Shown: positions 9,402-19,762, counted from the stretch's first letter. The stretch is 64,000 bases of DNA from Bulleidia sp. (GCA_963640245.1 CAVHYN010000042.1:4102-68101), one strand, 5' to 3'. The notes: a model not told the origin generated them from the sequence alone. Numbers and translations are program-made.

Positions 9402-10499
9402 TTACTGTACCTCCTTTTCTGCTTTCTTACGGAACTGCAGCTTGTACTGGATGAAGAACTCACAGCCGATGATGAAGAACAGGATGATTCCGGTCAGGAT
9501 ATCCGAGTAAGACTGGTTCAGACCGAAGGCTGTCGAGATCTCACCGGCTCCTCTGTCCATAAAGATAATCAGGAAGCTTGCCAGCACCATGGTCAGGGGA
9601 TTGAACTTGGACATCCAGGATACCAGGACGCCGGTAAAGCCCTGTCCGCCCGCGATCGTCGTGGTGATGGTATGATTGATACCTCCCACCAGCAGAAGGC
9701 CTGCAAGGCCGCATACAGCGCCTGAGAGAAGCATCGTGCGGACGATGACCTTCTCTACCTTGATGCCTACGTACTTGGCTGTATTCTCACTCTCTCCTAC
9801 GACAGAGATTTCATAGCCGTGTTTGCTGTAATTCAGATAGATATACATCAGGATGGTCACTGCCACAGCTACGACGATGGCCAGAAGATACTTGGAGCCA
9901 AAGATCTGGGGCAGCCAGCCTGCATTCGTATTTTGGTTGATGATACCGATTTTTCCCGATCCCTTGGGTACCTCCCAGACGATGGTATAGAAGGCTACCA
10001 GCTGGGTGGCGATGTAATTCATCATCAGGGTCGACAGGGTCTCATTCGTATTCCACTTTGCCTTGAAAAAGGCCGGTACAAAGCCCCAAAAAGCACCCGC
10101 TGCGAGGCTGGCCACTACCATAACCAGGATCAGAAGGCCGTTCGGCAGCTTCTCACCCAGGCAGATCATGCAGGCTCCTGCTGCGAGACCGCCGATCAGA
10201 ACCTGTCCCTCACCGCCGATATTCCAGAACTTCATCTTGAAGGCCGGTGTCAGTGCCAGAGCGATCAAAAGCAGGATGGAAAGGTTCTGCAGGGTAATCC
10301 AGGTCTTTCGCGCACTGCCGAAGGCACCGGCGAAAATAGACTCATAGACAGCCACCGGATCGACACCTGTCGTAATCGTCGTCAGGATTCCGCAAAGTAC
10401 CAGAGCCAGGATGATGGCAATGGCGCGGATCCCGATGGACTGATACCAGGGAAGGGCATCCCTTTTGACAATATGAAAAAATGGCTCTTTCTTATTCAT
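9402..10499 (-). CDS. ABC transporter permease (nucleoside/CUT2 type)
   Basis: WNIGGEGQ, NETLSTLMMNYIA and GYEISVVGES..A.Y.GI motifs. Confidence 0.9.
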   Translation of the reverse strand: MNKKEPFFHIVKRDALPWYQSIGIRAIAIILALVLCGILTTITTGVDPVAVYESIFAGAFGSARKTWITLQNLSILLLIALALTPAFKMKFWNIGGEGQVLIGGLAAGACMICLGEKLPNGLLILVMVVASLAAGAFWGFVPAFFKAKWNTNETLSTLMMNYIATQLVAFYTIVWEVPKGSGKIGIINQNTNAGWLPQIFGSKYLLAIVVAVAVTILMYIYLNYSKHGYEISVVGESENTAKYVGIKVEKVIVRTMLLSGAVCGLAGLLLVGGINHTITTTIAGGQGFTGVLVSWMSKFNPLTMVLASFLIIFMDRGAGEISTAFGLNQSYSDILTGIILFFIIGCEFFIQYKLQFRKKAEKEVQ

Positions 10500-12024
10500 G
10501 GCTCTTCTCCCCTCCTACTCTGGTCATCATCAGGCCGACCTCATTTTTATCGGTTTTCCGGGCGTCTACGATGCCGCTGACCTCACCGCCGCAGAGCACC
10601 ATGATCTTATCACAGAGCTCTACCATGACATCGAGATCCTCTCCGACGAAGATAACGGCGACACCCTTCTTTTTCTGTTCATTCAGCAAATCGTAGATGG
10701 TATAGGAGGAATTGATATCCAGTCCTCTTACCGCATAGGCAGTCAAAAGTACCGTCGGGGAGGAAGCGATCTCACGGCCTACCAGCACCTTCTGTACGTT
10801 TCCGCCGGAAAGACGGCGCACAGGAGTGGAGATACCGGGGGTTACCACTTCCAGTTCCTTTACAACAGCTTCTGCCAGCTTCTTTGACGGGCGGCGGTTG
10901 GTAAAGGGACTTCTTCCCTTGCGGAAGGTACGAAGCATCATATTGTCTGCCAGATCCATATTTGCCACCAGACCCATGCCCAGACGATCCTCGGGCACGA
11001 AGGAAAGGGAAACTCCCATCTCAGCGATTTTCAGCGGATCCTTGCCGAGAAGCGGCTCTTCATGGCCGTCCTCCTCCACATATTCGATGCTTCCGCCTTC
11101 GACCGTCTGAAGGCCTGCGATAGCCTCTAGAAGCTCCTTCTGGCCACAGCCGGAGATGCCGGCGATACCTAGGATCTCTCCGCTGTTCGCGGTAAAGGAG
11201 ACATCCTTCAGCTTCTGAATCCCGTCCTCAGTTCGTACATTCAGACCCTCCACACGAATCCTGGGCTTCGGATTTACCGGATCCGGGCGGTCGATATTCA
11301 AGGTCACCGCATGACCTACCATCATGTTCGTCATCTCGGTAACGTTGGTATCCTTGGTTGCCATGCTTCCGATATAGCGTCCATCTCTAAGGACAGCCAC
11401 GCGATCGGACAGGGACTCTACCTCATGCATCTTATGGGTAATGATGATGATGGCCTTGCCGTCATCGCGCATCTTCCGAAGGACACGGAAGAGCTTCTCC
11501 GTCTCCTGGGGAGTCAATACGGCGGTCGGCTCATCCAGGATCAGGATATCCGCGCCGCGGTACAATACCTTTACGATCTCTACGGTCTGCTTCTGTGAAA
11601 CTGACATGTCATAGATCTTCTGCTTCGGATTTACCTCGAAACCGTACTTCGTACAGATCTCCTCGATTTTTTTCGAGGCCTCCTTGATATTCAGCTTTCC
11701 ATCCAGACCCAGGATAATATTCTCGGTAGCAGAGAGAACATCGATCAGCTTGAAATGCTGATGCACCATACCAATTCCCAGATTCAGGGCATCCTTCGGT
11801 GTCTTAATGATCTCTTCCTTTCCGTTGATAAAGATCTGTCCCTCATCCGGATAATAGATGCCGGAAAGCATATTCATCAGCGTCGTTTTTCCGCTTCCGT
11901 TTTCACCCAGAAGTGCCAGAATCTCACCCTTGTAGATCTCGAGATTCACCTTCTCATTGGCGATTACGGAACCGAAGGTCTTCGTGACATTTTTCATTGA
12001 AACTGCGGCTGCTTTGGTTTCCAT
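10492..12024 (-). CDS. ABC transporter ATP-binding protein (tandem NBD)
   Basis: GENGSGKTT, LILDEPT and LSGGNVQK motifs. Confidence 0.93.
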   Translation of the reverse strand: METKAAAVSMKNVTKTFGSVIANEKVNLEIYKGEILALLGENGSGKTTLMNMLSGIYYPDEGQIFINGKEEIIKTPKDALNLGIGMVHQHFKLIDVLSATENIILGLDGKLNIKEASKKIEEICTKYGFEVNPKQKIYDMSVSQKQTVEIVKVLYRGADILILDEPTAVLTPQETEKLFRVLRKMRDDGKAIIIITHKMHEVESLSDRVAVLRDGRYIGSMATKDTNVTEMTNMMVGHAVTLNIDRPDPVNPKPRIRVEGLNVRTEDGIQKLKDVSFTANSGEILGIAGISGCGQKELLEAIAGLQTVEGGSIEYVEEDGHEEPLLGKDPLKIAEMGVSLSFVPEDRLGMGLVANMDLADNMMLRTFRKGRSPFTNRRPSKKLAEAVVKELEVVTPGISTPVRRLSGGNVQKVLVGREIASSPTVLLTAYAVRGLDINSSYTIYDLLNEQKKKGVAVIFVGEDLDVMVELCDKIMVLCGGEVSGIVDARKTDKNEVGLMMTRVGGEKSHE

Positions 12025-12144
12025 CTTTCGTTTCCTTCCCTTGTTTATCGCTGACCCGATAACGGATCAAAAGGACGGCGCGGCATTTTGGCTGCTGCGC
12101 CGCCCTGTGTTTTTTTCATTCAGGCGTAAGCGTCTGTGCTCTTA

Positions 12145-13395
12145 TTAGAATGCGGTATCCAGAAGTGTGATGCCGTCAATCTCTACATTGAAGTACGGAG
12201 CAGAACGATACTCGGACTCATGGAAGTAGCCGTCGCTGACTGCCTCATGGTCTCCCTCGTAGTTTGCATCGGTATCTACGTCTGCCATATAAGTGGTCAG
12301 CTCTGCACCCTCTACAGTGAAGGTAGAAGTATCGAATACATGCAGCTCACCGGACTCCAGCTTTGCCTGTGCCTCGTCGATAGCTTCCTGTGTTCCCTCT
12401 GCAACTGCAGCTCCCAGGTCGCTCAGTACTACAGAACCGGTTGCCAGGCTTCCTGTCCAGTCAGCGTCGATAGCTTCACCGGTTGCTACGCAGTTGATCG
12501 CATACTCGAAATACGGCTCCCAGTTTACTCTGGAGGATACCAGGAAGGTGTTCGGGCAAGCGCTCTCTGTGCTTCCGTTGTAGGATACGTTCGGTACACC
12601 GGCGGTCTCGCATGCGGTCGGAGCTCCCATGGAGTCTGCATGCTGGCTGATCAGGACGCAGCCGTTCTCGATGAGCTTGTTTGCTCCCTCTTTCTCAGCA
12701 GTCTCATCATACCAGGAACCGGTAAAGGTAACTTCCATCGTAGCAGTCGGGCATACGGAACGAGCGCCCAGGAAGAAGGAGGTATAACCGGAGATAACCT
12801 CTGCATAGGTATAAGCGCCTACGTAACCGATCTTTGCCTGATCCTCGGTGATCTCTCCGTTTGCAATCATCTCATTCAGCTTCTCACCAGCTACGATACC
12901 TGCCAGATAACGGCCGTCGTAGATGGAAGCAAAGGCATTGTGGAAGTTGTCAAGGCCTTCGGTATGTGCCTTGGTACCGGTTGCATGGCTGAACTGTACT
13001 TCCGGATATTCCTTAGCTGCCTCAATCATGTAGTCCTCATGACCAAAGCTGTCTGCGAAGATAAAGTCGCAGCCGGCATCTGCCAGCTCGCAGGCTGCCT
13101 CATAGCACTCCTGGCCTTCCGGAATATTGGTCTTTGCAACATACTCAACACCCAGCTTCTCGCATGCCTCTTTTGCGGCATTCATGAAGTTCAGGTCGTA
13201 GGTGGAGTTCTCATCGTGCAGGAAGATAAATCCTACCTTCATATCAGACAGAGCGGTGGTTTCACCCTCTGCAGTGCTCTCGGAAGAGCTGTCTGCTGTG
13301 CTGGAAGAAGCAGTATCCGAAGATCCGCCGCAGCCGGCCAGCATACCGACAGTCATAGCCAATACAGTAATAAGACTAAGTACTCTCTTTTTCAT
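12145..13395 (-). CDS. BMP-family ABC substrate-binding lipoprotein
   Basis: Lipobox LAGC; DSFG, GSWYD and SQHAD motifs; AGGAGG RBS before ATG 13395. Confidence 0.9.
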   Translation of the reverse strand: MKKRVLSLITVLAMTVGMLAGCGGSSDTASSSTADSSSESTAEGETTALSDMKVGFIFLHDENSTYDLNFMNAAKEACEKLGVEYVAKTNIPEGQECYEAACELADAGCDFIFADSFGHEDYMIEAAKEYPEVQFSHATGTKAHTEGLDNFHNAFASIYDGRYLAGIVAGEKLNEMIANGEITEDQAKIGYVGAYTYAEVISGYTSFFLGARSVCPTATMEVTFTGSWYDETAEKEGANKLIENGCVLISQHADSMGAPTACETAGVPNVSYNGSTESACPNTFLVSSRVNWEPYFEYAINCVATGEAIDADWTGSLATGSVVLSDLGAAVAEGTQEAIDEAQAKLESGELHVFDTSTFTVEGAELTTYMADVDTDANYEGDHEAVSDGYFHESEYRSAPYFNVEIDGITLLDTAF

Positions 13396-13599
13396 AACTT
13401 TCCTCCTATGTGTTTTCCTTACTTGGATGTTGAGTAAAATATAACGAAATTCGCTCTCACTCAATTCAACATATAGAAGTATAAGTGTCTGCCTCTCTGT
13501 TTGTCAATAGATTTATTAATTTTTCTTGAAGTTTTTGTTTATTTATAAGTACTTCTAATATATATGATGATGACGCCTTATAACAGCCGGAAGCTTTTA

Positions 13600-13950
13600 T
13601 CAAGAATCCGTCACTTCGATCTCCTTGATCAGAAATTCATTGCCCCGGCGCAGGTAGGTATGCTCGCTGCCGCAGTGGGGGCAGATCTTTCCATGAGCCA
13701 CGGTGGGATATTCCCGTTCGCAGTCCTCACAGAAGGTGACCGCGTCGATCTGTTCGATCTTCAGCTCGGCCTCCTCCATCACCGCTTCTTTTTTCCTGGC
13801 CCAGTTCCAGCAGTCGATGAGGTACTCGGGAATGATTCCCGATACCTCACCGATCTGTAGGGTTACTGCAGAGACCTTTTTGACATCATTCTCGTCCGCG
13901 ACCTTTTTGACGTCGCGGACGACATAGAATACGACTCCGAGTTCGTGCAT
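13600..13950 (-). CDS. hypA: Nickel metallochaperone HypA
   Basis: N-terminal MHE Ni motif; CEDC...CPHC zinc finger; GNEF.IKEIEV C-terminus. Confidence 0.92.
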   Translation of the reverse strand: MHELGVVFYVVRDVKKVADENDVKKVSAVTLQIGEVSGIIPEYLIDCWNWARKKEAVMEEAELKIEQIDAVTFCEDCEREYPTVAHGKICPHCGSEHTYLRRGNEFLIKEIEVTDS

Positions 13951-13952
13951 AA

Positions 13953-16760
13953 TTATTTTTCCTTATTTGTGATGATCTTCACCGCGCGCTTCAGCTGGTA
14001 CGGGATGATATGCTTAAACTTATCCTCCGCCTTCACCATCGTCGAGCACTCCGGATGATCGCGGTGCAGGGTAATCGCGTCGAATTCGCACTTGGTGGTG
14101 CAGACACCGCAGCCGATACACTTATTCTCATCTACGATCGTTGCGCCGCAGCCAAGGCATCTCGCAGTCTCTTTGCGTACCTGCTCCTCGGTCAGGGTCA
14201 GGTGTGCGTCCTTGAAGGATTTGGACGGCAATGTCTCGTCCATGCCCTCGATCTGGCGAGAAGAATTGTCGTAGCTCTCCACAGAGATATTGCTCTTATC
14301 CAGCTCGTTGAACTCCCAGCGGTTCCGTCCGATGGTCATATGGCCGTTGTGGACATAGCGGTGCAGGGACTCTGCCGCATAGTGTCCTGCTGCGATGGCA
14401 TCGATGGCGAATTTCGGTCCTGTATACACATCGCCGCCTACGAAGATATCCGGCTGCCCGGTCTGGTAGGTCAGCTTGTCTGCCACGATGGCCGGGCCGT
14501 TGAAGGTGACATTCTCGCCCTCCAGCATATTACCCCAGACGCTTCTCTGGCCGACTGCGAAGATTACACGGTCACAGGAGATCTCGATGGTCTCATTTTC
14601 ATCATAGGTCGGTGCAAAGCGGCCTTCTGCATTCTTCACGGAGGTACACTTCTTAAAGATAATTCCAGTCACCTTACCATTCTCGGTCAGAACTTCCTTC
14701 GGTCCCCAGCCATTCTGAATCTTCACGCCGTCCTCGCCTGCCTCGCGTACCTCGTCGTCTGCCGCCGGCATCTCTGCTGCGGACTCAAGGCAAAGCATAT
14801 GAACCTCTGCCGCTCCGCTTCTTGCACTGACTCTCGCCGCGTCGATCGCTACGTTTCCGCCGCCTACGACTACGACTCTTCCGGTATAAGAGGTCTTACC
14901 GGTATTGGCCTCATGCAGATACTCGAGGGCTGTGATGGTGCCCTCCGCGTCATCGCCCGGCACGCCGGGTCTGCGGCCTGCGCTGCAGCCGATGGCGATA
15001 TAGAAGGCCTTGTAGCCCTGCTCGCGAAGCTCTTTTAAGGTCACGTCCTTGCCGACTTCTACGCCGGTCTTGATCTCCACGCCCATCTCTCGCATCACGT
15101 CGATTTCTGCCGCGATGACGTCCTTTTCCAGCTTATAGGAAGGAATTCCATAGCGGAGCATACCGCCCGGCTCCTCATTTTTCTCAAATACGGTGGGGCG
15201 ATAGCCTTTCTCTGCCAGATAGAAGGCTGCGCTCATGCCTGCCGGGCCGCCGCCGATGATGGCAATCTTCTCCGGAAAATGATCCATGTGGATACTGGCC
15301 GGGATGATTACAGGCGGGATATAGCGGGTCTCCGCCTTCAGATCCTGCTCTGCGATAAACTTCTTTACTGCATCGATCGCTACAGCCTGGTCGATGGTGC
15401 CTCTGGTGCAGGCATCCTCGCAGCGGCGGTTACAGATGCGTCCGCAGACTGCCGGGAACGGATTCTGCTTCTTAATCAGAGCCAGTGCCTCCCGGTATTT
15501 TCCCTGGGAAGCCTTCTTTAAGTAGCCTTGAACAGCGATATGTGCCGGACAGGCGGTCTTACAGGGAGCGGTACCGGACTTGTGGCTGTTGATACGGTTA
15601 TTGTCACGGTAATCGGGATCCCATTTGTCCTTGCCCCATTTTACTGCATCCGGAAGCTGCTGCTTCGGATACTTCACCTCGGTGCCGTCCTTCTGACAGA
15701 GTTTCTGACCAAGGCGGGTAGCACCTGCCGGGCAGTACTCCACGCAGCGTCCACAGGCCACGCACTTGTCCTTGTCCACGTGTGCCACGTATGCGGAACG
15801 GGACATGTTCGGGGTGTTAAAAAGCTGTGAGGTTCGCAGTGCGTTACAGATATTCACATTGCAGTTGCAGATACCGAAAATCTTGTTATCACCGTCGATG
15901 TTCGTGATCTGGTGTACGAAGCCGTTGTCCTCGGCACGCTTTAAGATGGCCATGGCCTCCTCGTAGGTGATGTCATGACCCTTGCCGGTCTCGCGGCAGT
16001 AGTCCGCGAAGTCGCCGACACCGATACACCAGCCGAAATCGTCATCTGCCACGCCCTCACCGATCACCTTGCGGGACGCACGGCAGGAGCAGCGGCCTAC
16101 GCCGATATGTCCTTCATATTTCTTCAGCCAGTAGGACAGATGCTCGATGTCCATGGACTGATTTTCCATAGAAATAGCCTTCTCTACCGGAATGACATGC
16201 ATGCCGACGCCGGCGCCTCCGGGCGGTACCATCTGGGTGATTCCGGCCAGCGGAATGAAGGTCATGCGCTCGAAGAAGGATGCCACGTCCGGATGATCGC
16301 GAAGACGCGGATTGCTTCTGTCCGGCAGCTCCTCCATGTTGAACAGCTCTGCAGATCCCGGCACAAACATAGGCAGGATGTATCGGCGCTCGGTAGGCTC
16401 GTGAGTGCGGCCGTTGTGGTCATAGTGGTAGCCGTAATCGTACTCCAGAAGGCCGATATAGCTCATCTCATCCAGCAGTTTCTGAAATTTTTCTTCGCCC
16501 TCTTTCGAAATTTTGTTCAGCTTGCACAGCTCGGAGAAGGTGTAGGGTACACGCTTTTTCATCGATAAGCCGACCTCTGCCATCTCCTCGGTAATGATTT
16601 CTGCTAGACCCCAGTACTCCGGATCCTCCACCTTTACGCCGCCGATGATATGTCCGGCTACGTCGGTAATTTTTCGTCCCAGCTTAATGATTTTCTCGCT
16701 GGGGGCTTTGTCATTTTTGTGGTTTGCGAGCCACTGGTTGTATTGTTCCATGTCAAACAT
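13953..16760 (-). CDS. Large Fe-S flavoprotein: Cys-rich N-domain, ferredoxin, GltD/NfnB-like FAD/NAD(P) domain, C-terminal ferredoxin
   Basis: CSCR...C...CNC...C; CVACGRCVEYCP; APCKTACP, CGRIC...CEDAC; GGGPAG; GGGNVA; CIGCGVCTTKC; AAGGAG RBS before ATG 16760. Confidence 0.85.
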   Translation of the reverse strand: MFDMEQYNQWLANHKNDKAPSEKIIKLGRKITDVAGHIIGGVKVEDPEYWGLAEIITEEMAEVGLSMKKRVPYTFSELCKLNKISKEGEEKFQKLLDEMSYIGLLEYDYGYHYDHNGRTHEPTERRYILPMFVPGSAELFNMEELPDRSNPRLRDHPDVASFFERMTFIPLAGITQMVPPGGAGVGMHVIPVEKAISMENQSMDIEHLSYWLKKYEGHIGVGRCSCRASRKVIGEGVADDDFGWCIGVGDFADYCRETGKGHDITYEEAMAILKRAEDNGFVHQITNIDGDNKIFGICNCNVNICNALRTSQLFNTPNMSRSAYVAHVDKDKCVACGRCVEYCPAGATRLGQKLCQKDGTEVKYPKQQLPDAVKWGKDKWDPDYRDNNRINSHKSGTAPCKTACPAHIAVQGYLKKASQGKYREALALIKKQNPFPAVCGRICNRRCEDACTRGTIDQAVAIDAVKKFIAEQDLKAETRYIPPVIIPASIHMDHFPEKIAIIGGGPAGMSAAFYLAEKGYRPTVFEKNEEPGGMLRYGIPSYKLEKDVIAAEIDVMREMGVEIKTGVEVGKDVTLKELREQGYKAFYIAIGCSAGRRPGVPGDDAEGTITALEYLHEANTGKTSYTGRVVVVGGGNVAIDAARVSARSGAAEVHMLCLESAAEMPAADDEVREAGEDGVKIQNGWGPKEVLTENGKVTGIIFKKCTSVKNAEGRFAPTYDENETIEISCDRVIFAVGQRSVWGNMLEGENVTFNGPAIVADKLTYQTGQPDIFVGGDVYTGPKFAIDAIAAGHYAAESLHRYVHNGHMTIGRNRWEFNELDKSNISVESYDNSSRQIEGMDETLPSKSFKDAHLTLTEEQVRKETARCLGCGATIVDENKCIGCGVCTTKCEFDAITLHRDHPECSTMVKAEDKFKHIIPYQLKRAVKIITNKEK

Positions 16761-16836
16761 AGGGTTTCTCTCCTTTTTAATCGTATAACTCAAGCTTCCG
16801 TTGCGAATTTGTTGGCGTCGTTTCAAACCTCTTAAA

Positions 16837-17538
16837 CTAGTGCATATCCACGGGGCAGCTGTACAGTTTCGCTCTCCATGCTTCTGCCTCCTTCACAATC
16901 CAGTCAGCCAGCGCATCTACGCCCTCACCGGTCTTTGCGGAAATGTAGAGGATCTTGATATCCGGGTTTCGAAGCTTCGCATTCGCCTCCAATTTTTCTT
17001 TGCTGAAATCGAAATACGGCATGACATCCGTCTTATTCACTACCAGCAAATCGCATTTTTCATACATCAGCGGATACTTGAGCGGCTTGTCGTCACCCTC
17101 CGGCACGGATAAGATTGTTATATTTTTCACAGCTCCCGTGTCAAATTCCGCCGGACAGACCAGATTTCCCACATTTTCCAGAATCACCAACTCTGCATCG
17201 TCGAGACCGAACTCGTAAAGCCCCTGTCTCGTCATATCCGCGTCCAGGTGGCACATGCCGCCGGTATGGATCTGGATGGATTTTACTCCCGCTTTTGTCA
17301 TCGTCTCGGCATCCACTGCCGAATCAATGTCAGCCTCCATGACACCCATTTTTATGCGGCCTTCCAGAGCTTTCGCCAATGCCAGCAAAGTCGTGGTTTT
17401 ACCGGATCCCGGAGAGGACATCAGATTCAGAAGGAATACCTTTTTCTCCTTCAGCTCCTGCCGTAGCCTGTCCGCGTCCGCATCATTATCCGCGAAGATA
17501 CTTCTCTTCACTTCTATAATCCGAATCTTATCTTCCAT
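16837..17538 (-). CDS. hypB: Nickel incorporation GTPase HypB
   Basis: SSPGSGKTT, CHLD, ENVGNLVCP, EGDDKPLKYP and NKTD motifs. Confidence 0.93.
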   Translation of the reverse strand: MEDKIRIIEVKRSIFADNDADADRLRQELKEKKVFLLNLMSSPGSGKTTTLLALAKALEGRIKMGVMEADIDSAVDAETMTKAGVKSIQIHTGGMCHLDADMTRQGLYEFGLDDAELVILENVGNLVCPAEFDTGAVKNITILSVPEGDDKPLKYPLMYEKCDLLVVNKTDVMPYFDFSKEKLEANAKLRNPDIKILYISAKTGEGVDALADWIVKEAEAWRAKLYSCPVDMH

Positions 17539-17640
17539 AACAGTTCTCTCCCTCTTATTGATCGTATATTGTTATTTTCTAACATTATTACACATTTGTA
17601 AAGTACTTATTGCCAAAAAAATCACAATCAAAAATATTTA

Positions 17641-17670
17641 TTGACACTTCCTTTTCTCATCTGCTATCAT
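17641..17670 (+). promoter_or_regulatory. SigA-type promoter for the riboswitch/antiporter transcript
   Basis: TTGACA-18nt-TATCAT with TG extension. Confidence 0.65.
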
Positions 17671-17687
17671 AATTCAAGCATAAAAAA

Positions 17688-17787
17688 GTATTCCGTGAGG
17701 GAGTAGTTTGCACGAAAGTGTGGTTTGTCAACAACCCCGGTGTCTGTGGCACCTGGCAAACCTTAAAAAATGAGACTCATGTATACC
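17688..17787 (+). ncRNA. yybP-ykoY manganese riboswitch
   Basis: GTGAG-GGAGTAG ... GTCAACA ... TGAGACTCAT consensus blocks; P1 GTGAG/CTCAT; overlaps a terminator; upstream of a cation transporter. Confidence 0.8.
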
Positions 17788-17822
17788 ATTCTTTTTGAGA
17801 AGGGTATATAGGAGTCTTTTTT
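17774..17822 (+). terminator. Riboswitch-coupled terminator
   Basis: GACTC-ATGTATACC...GGTATATA-GGAGTC followed by a T-run; shares its 5' arm with the aptamer 3' strand. Confidence 0.7.
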
Positions 17823-17863
17823 ATGTAATACGATTCCGATTACATTTCCAAGGAGGATTTCTT

Positions 17864-18835
17864 ATGAACACATTTTTACAGAGCGTACCCTTCGCTGTGA
17901 TACTGCTCATCATCGGCTTCTGTTTTCTGATCAAGGGTGCTGATGCCTTTGTAGAGGGCAGCAGCAGCATCGCCAAGCATTTCCATGTACCGTCTTTGAT
18001 CATCGGCATGACCATCGTAGCGATGGGAACCAGTCTTCCGGAGACGGCTGTCAGTGTCACTGCTGCCATCGCAGGCAGCAATGCCCTCGCCGTCAGCAAT
18101 GCCATCGGCTCCAATATTTTCAACCTGATGATTGTCATCGGTGTCTGTGCCGTTCTGACGCCTGTAGCTGTGCAGAAGAGCTCCCTCATCGCCGACATTC
18201 CCTTTTCCGTCGTCTGTGCCCTGCTTCTCCTTATCCTGGGTCACGACCGCATGACGCTGACCAGGGGCAATGGCTTGTTCCTGATCCTTCTTTTCGCCTG
18301 CTTTATCGTTTACATGATTCGCTCTGCAAAGCATTCCATGAATCAGGAAGAAACGGAGCTTGCCTCCGAAGCAGAGGAATACAAGGTCATGTCCGTTCCG
18401 AAGAGTCTTCTGTACATTGTACTTGGCATCGCTGCCATCACCTTTGGCAGTGACTGGGTCGTAGACGGTGCTACTACGGTCGCTTCTGCCTTCGGTCTCA
18501 GCGAGAATCTCATCGGCCTTACCATCGTTGCCTGCGGCACCAGCCTGCCGGAGCTTACGACCTCCGTCGTAGCTGCCCGGAAAAATGAGGTAGACATGGC
18601 TCTCGGAAATGCCGTGGGCTCAAATATTTTCAATATTCTGATGGTACTGGGCATCGCTTCGGCCTTAAGCCCCATCGCCTTTATCGGAGAAAACATCATC
18701 GATATCATCATTCTTGTAGTTTTCACCTTCATCGTCTGGCTGATGGCCTGGACAAAGCATCAGCTTAGCAAGATCGAAGGCTGGTTTATGATCGGACTGT
18801 ATGTCGGATATCTCATTTATATCTGCATCCGATAG
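17864..18835 (+). CDS. Ca2+/Na+ antiporter (YrbG/CaCA family)
   Basis: Two alpha repeats GTSLPE and GSNIFN; AAGGAGG RBS. Confidence 0.92.
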   Translation: MNTFLQSVPFAVILLIIGFCFLIKGADAFVEGSSSIAKHFHVPSLIIGMTIVAMGTSLPETAVSVTAAIAGSNALAVSNAIGSNIFNLMIVIGVCAVLTPVAVQKSSLIADIPFSVVCALLLLILGHDRMTLTRGNGLFLILLFACFIVYMIRSAKHSMNQEETELASEAEEYKVMSVPKSLLYIVLGIAAITFGSDWVVDGATTVASAFGLSENLIGLTIVACGTSLPELTTSVVAARKNEVDMALGNAVGSNIFNILMVLGIASALSPIAFIGENIIDIIILVVFTFIVWLMAWTKHQLSKIEGWFMIGLYVGYLIYICIR

Positions 18836-18856
18836 AACAGTCGAAAATCAGCCTTC

Positions 18857-19762
18857 TTAATAATTCGTGATCAGGACTTCCTTTCCTGTCCGTTTGTTCG
18901 CATCCCGGTTAATCATGCGCTTTACATCCAATGCCTGTATGTGATATCCGTCGTACAGCGAACGTACCAGCGGAACATCATTGTTTGACAACATAACCTT
19001 CGCGCCCAGGCCGTCCAAACGCCGAAATAAGGCGGCCAGGCGCTGATGGTCTTCCAGACCAAACCCTCGCTTTGCATAATCCGTAAAGGACGCCGTCGCA
19101 CTTTCCGGAACATAGGGGCTGTCAAAATATACAAAGTCCCCTTCTTTGACCCCATTGCAGGCTTTTTCAAAATCCATACAGGTAATCGTGATATCTGCTT
19201 TTTGCAGATAGGCGGAAATCGCCCGGATATTGTTTTCGTCGATGGATTTTCCGTTGACCCTGTTATTATACGGAACATTGAACAGGCCTTTGCTATTGAC
19301 GCGATACAGGCCATTAAAGCAATGCTTGTTCAGCCATATCAGCATCGCAGCGCATTCCGCATCAAGGTCACGACTTAGAATTTTCATATTGTACTGTTCC
19401 CGAATCTCATAATAGAACTCTTTCGTACAGGACGTCTCGTCCAGTTCCCTTACCTTCGCAATCACGCCTTCGGCAGCAAGCTTTAATTGCATGTAAAGAT
19501 TTACCAGCTGCTCATTTACGTCATTTACATAGGCCTGCGCAGGTGCAATGCCAAAAAGCACGGCTGCGCTGCCGAGAAACGGTTCATAGTAATGGTGATA
19601 TTCGGCAGGCATATGAGCCGCTATCTGTTCTAACAGCTGTGTTTTCCCGCCTGCCCATTTAAGAACCGGGGACATTCCTTTGAGATCTTTCTCACCCTTT
19701 AGTAGTTCGATTCTAAGGTCTGATTTGAATTTGGCACTGAAATTTCTTCTTTGTCTGGACAT
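18857..19762 (-). CDS. Dam/DpnM-type N6-adenine DNA methyltransferase with an N-terminal IS3-orfA-like peptide
   Basis: KWAGGK, EPFLG, NGLYRVN..G.FNVP, DSPY and EVLITNY motifs; the first ~27 aa look like a transposase HTH start; internal ATG at 19675. Confidence 0.85.
   Translation of the reverse strand: MSRQRRNFSAKFKSDLRIELLKGEKDLKGMSPVLKWAGGKTQLLEQIAAHMPAEYHHYYEPFLGSAAVLFGIAPAQAYVNDVNEQLVNLYMQLKLAAEGVIAKVRELDETSCTKEFYYEIREQYNMKILSRDLDAECAAMLIWLNKHCFNGLYRVNSKGLFNVPYNNRVNGKSIDENNIRAISAYLQKADITITCMDFEKACNGVKEGDFVYFDSPYVPESATASFTDYAKRGFGLEDHQRLAALFRRLDGLGAKVMLSNNDVPLVRSLYDGYHIQALDVKRMINRDANKRTGKEVLITNY

Noticed and set aside
13400..13560. Purine riboswitch upstream of the BMP/ABC operon
   Set aside because: No purine aptamer consensus is visible; only a promoter-like TTGACA/TATACT.
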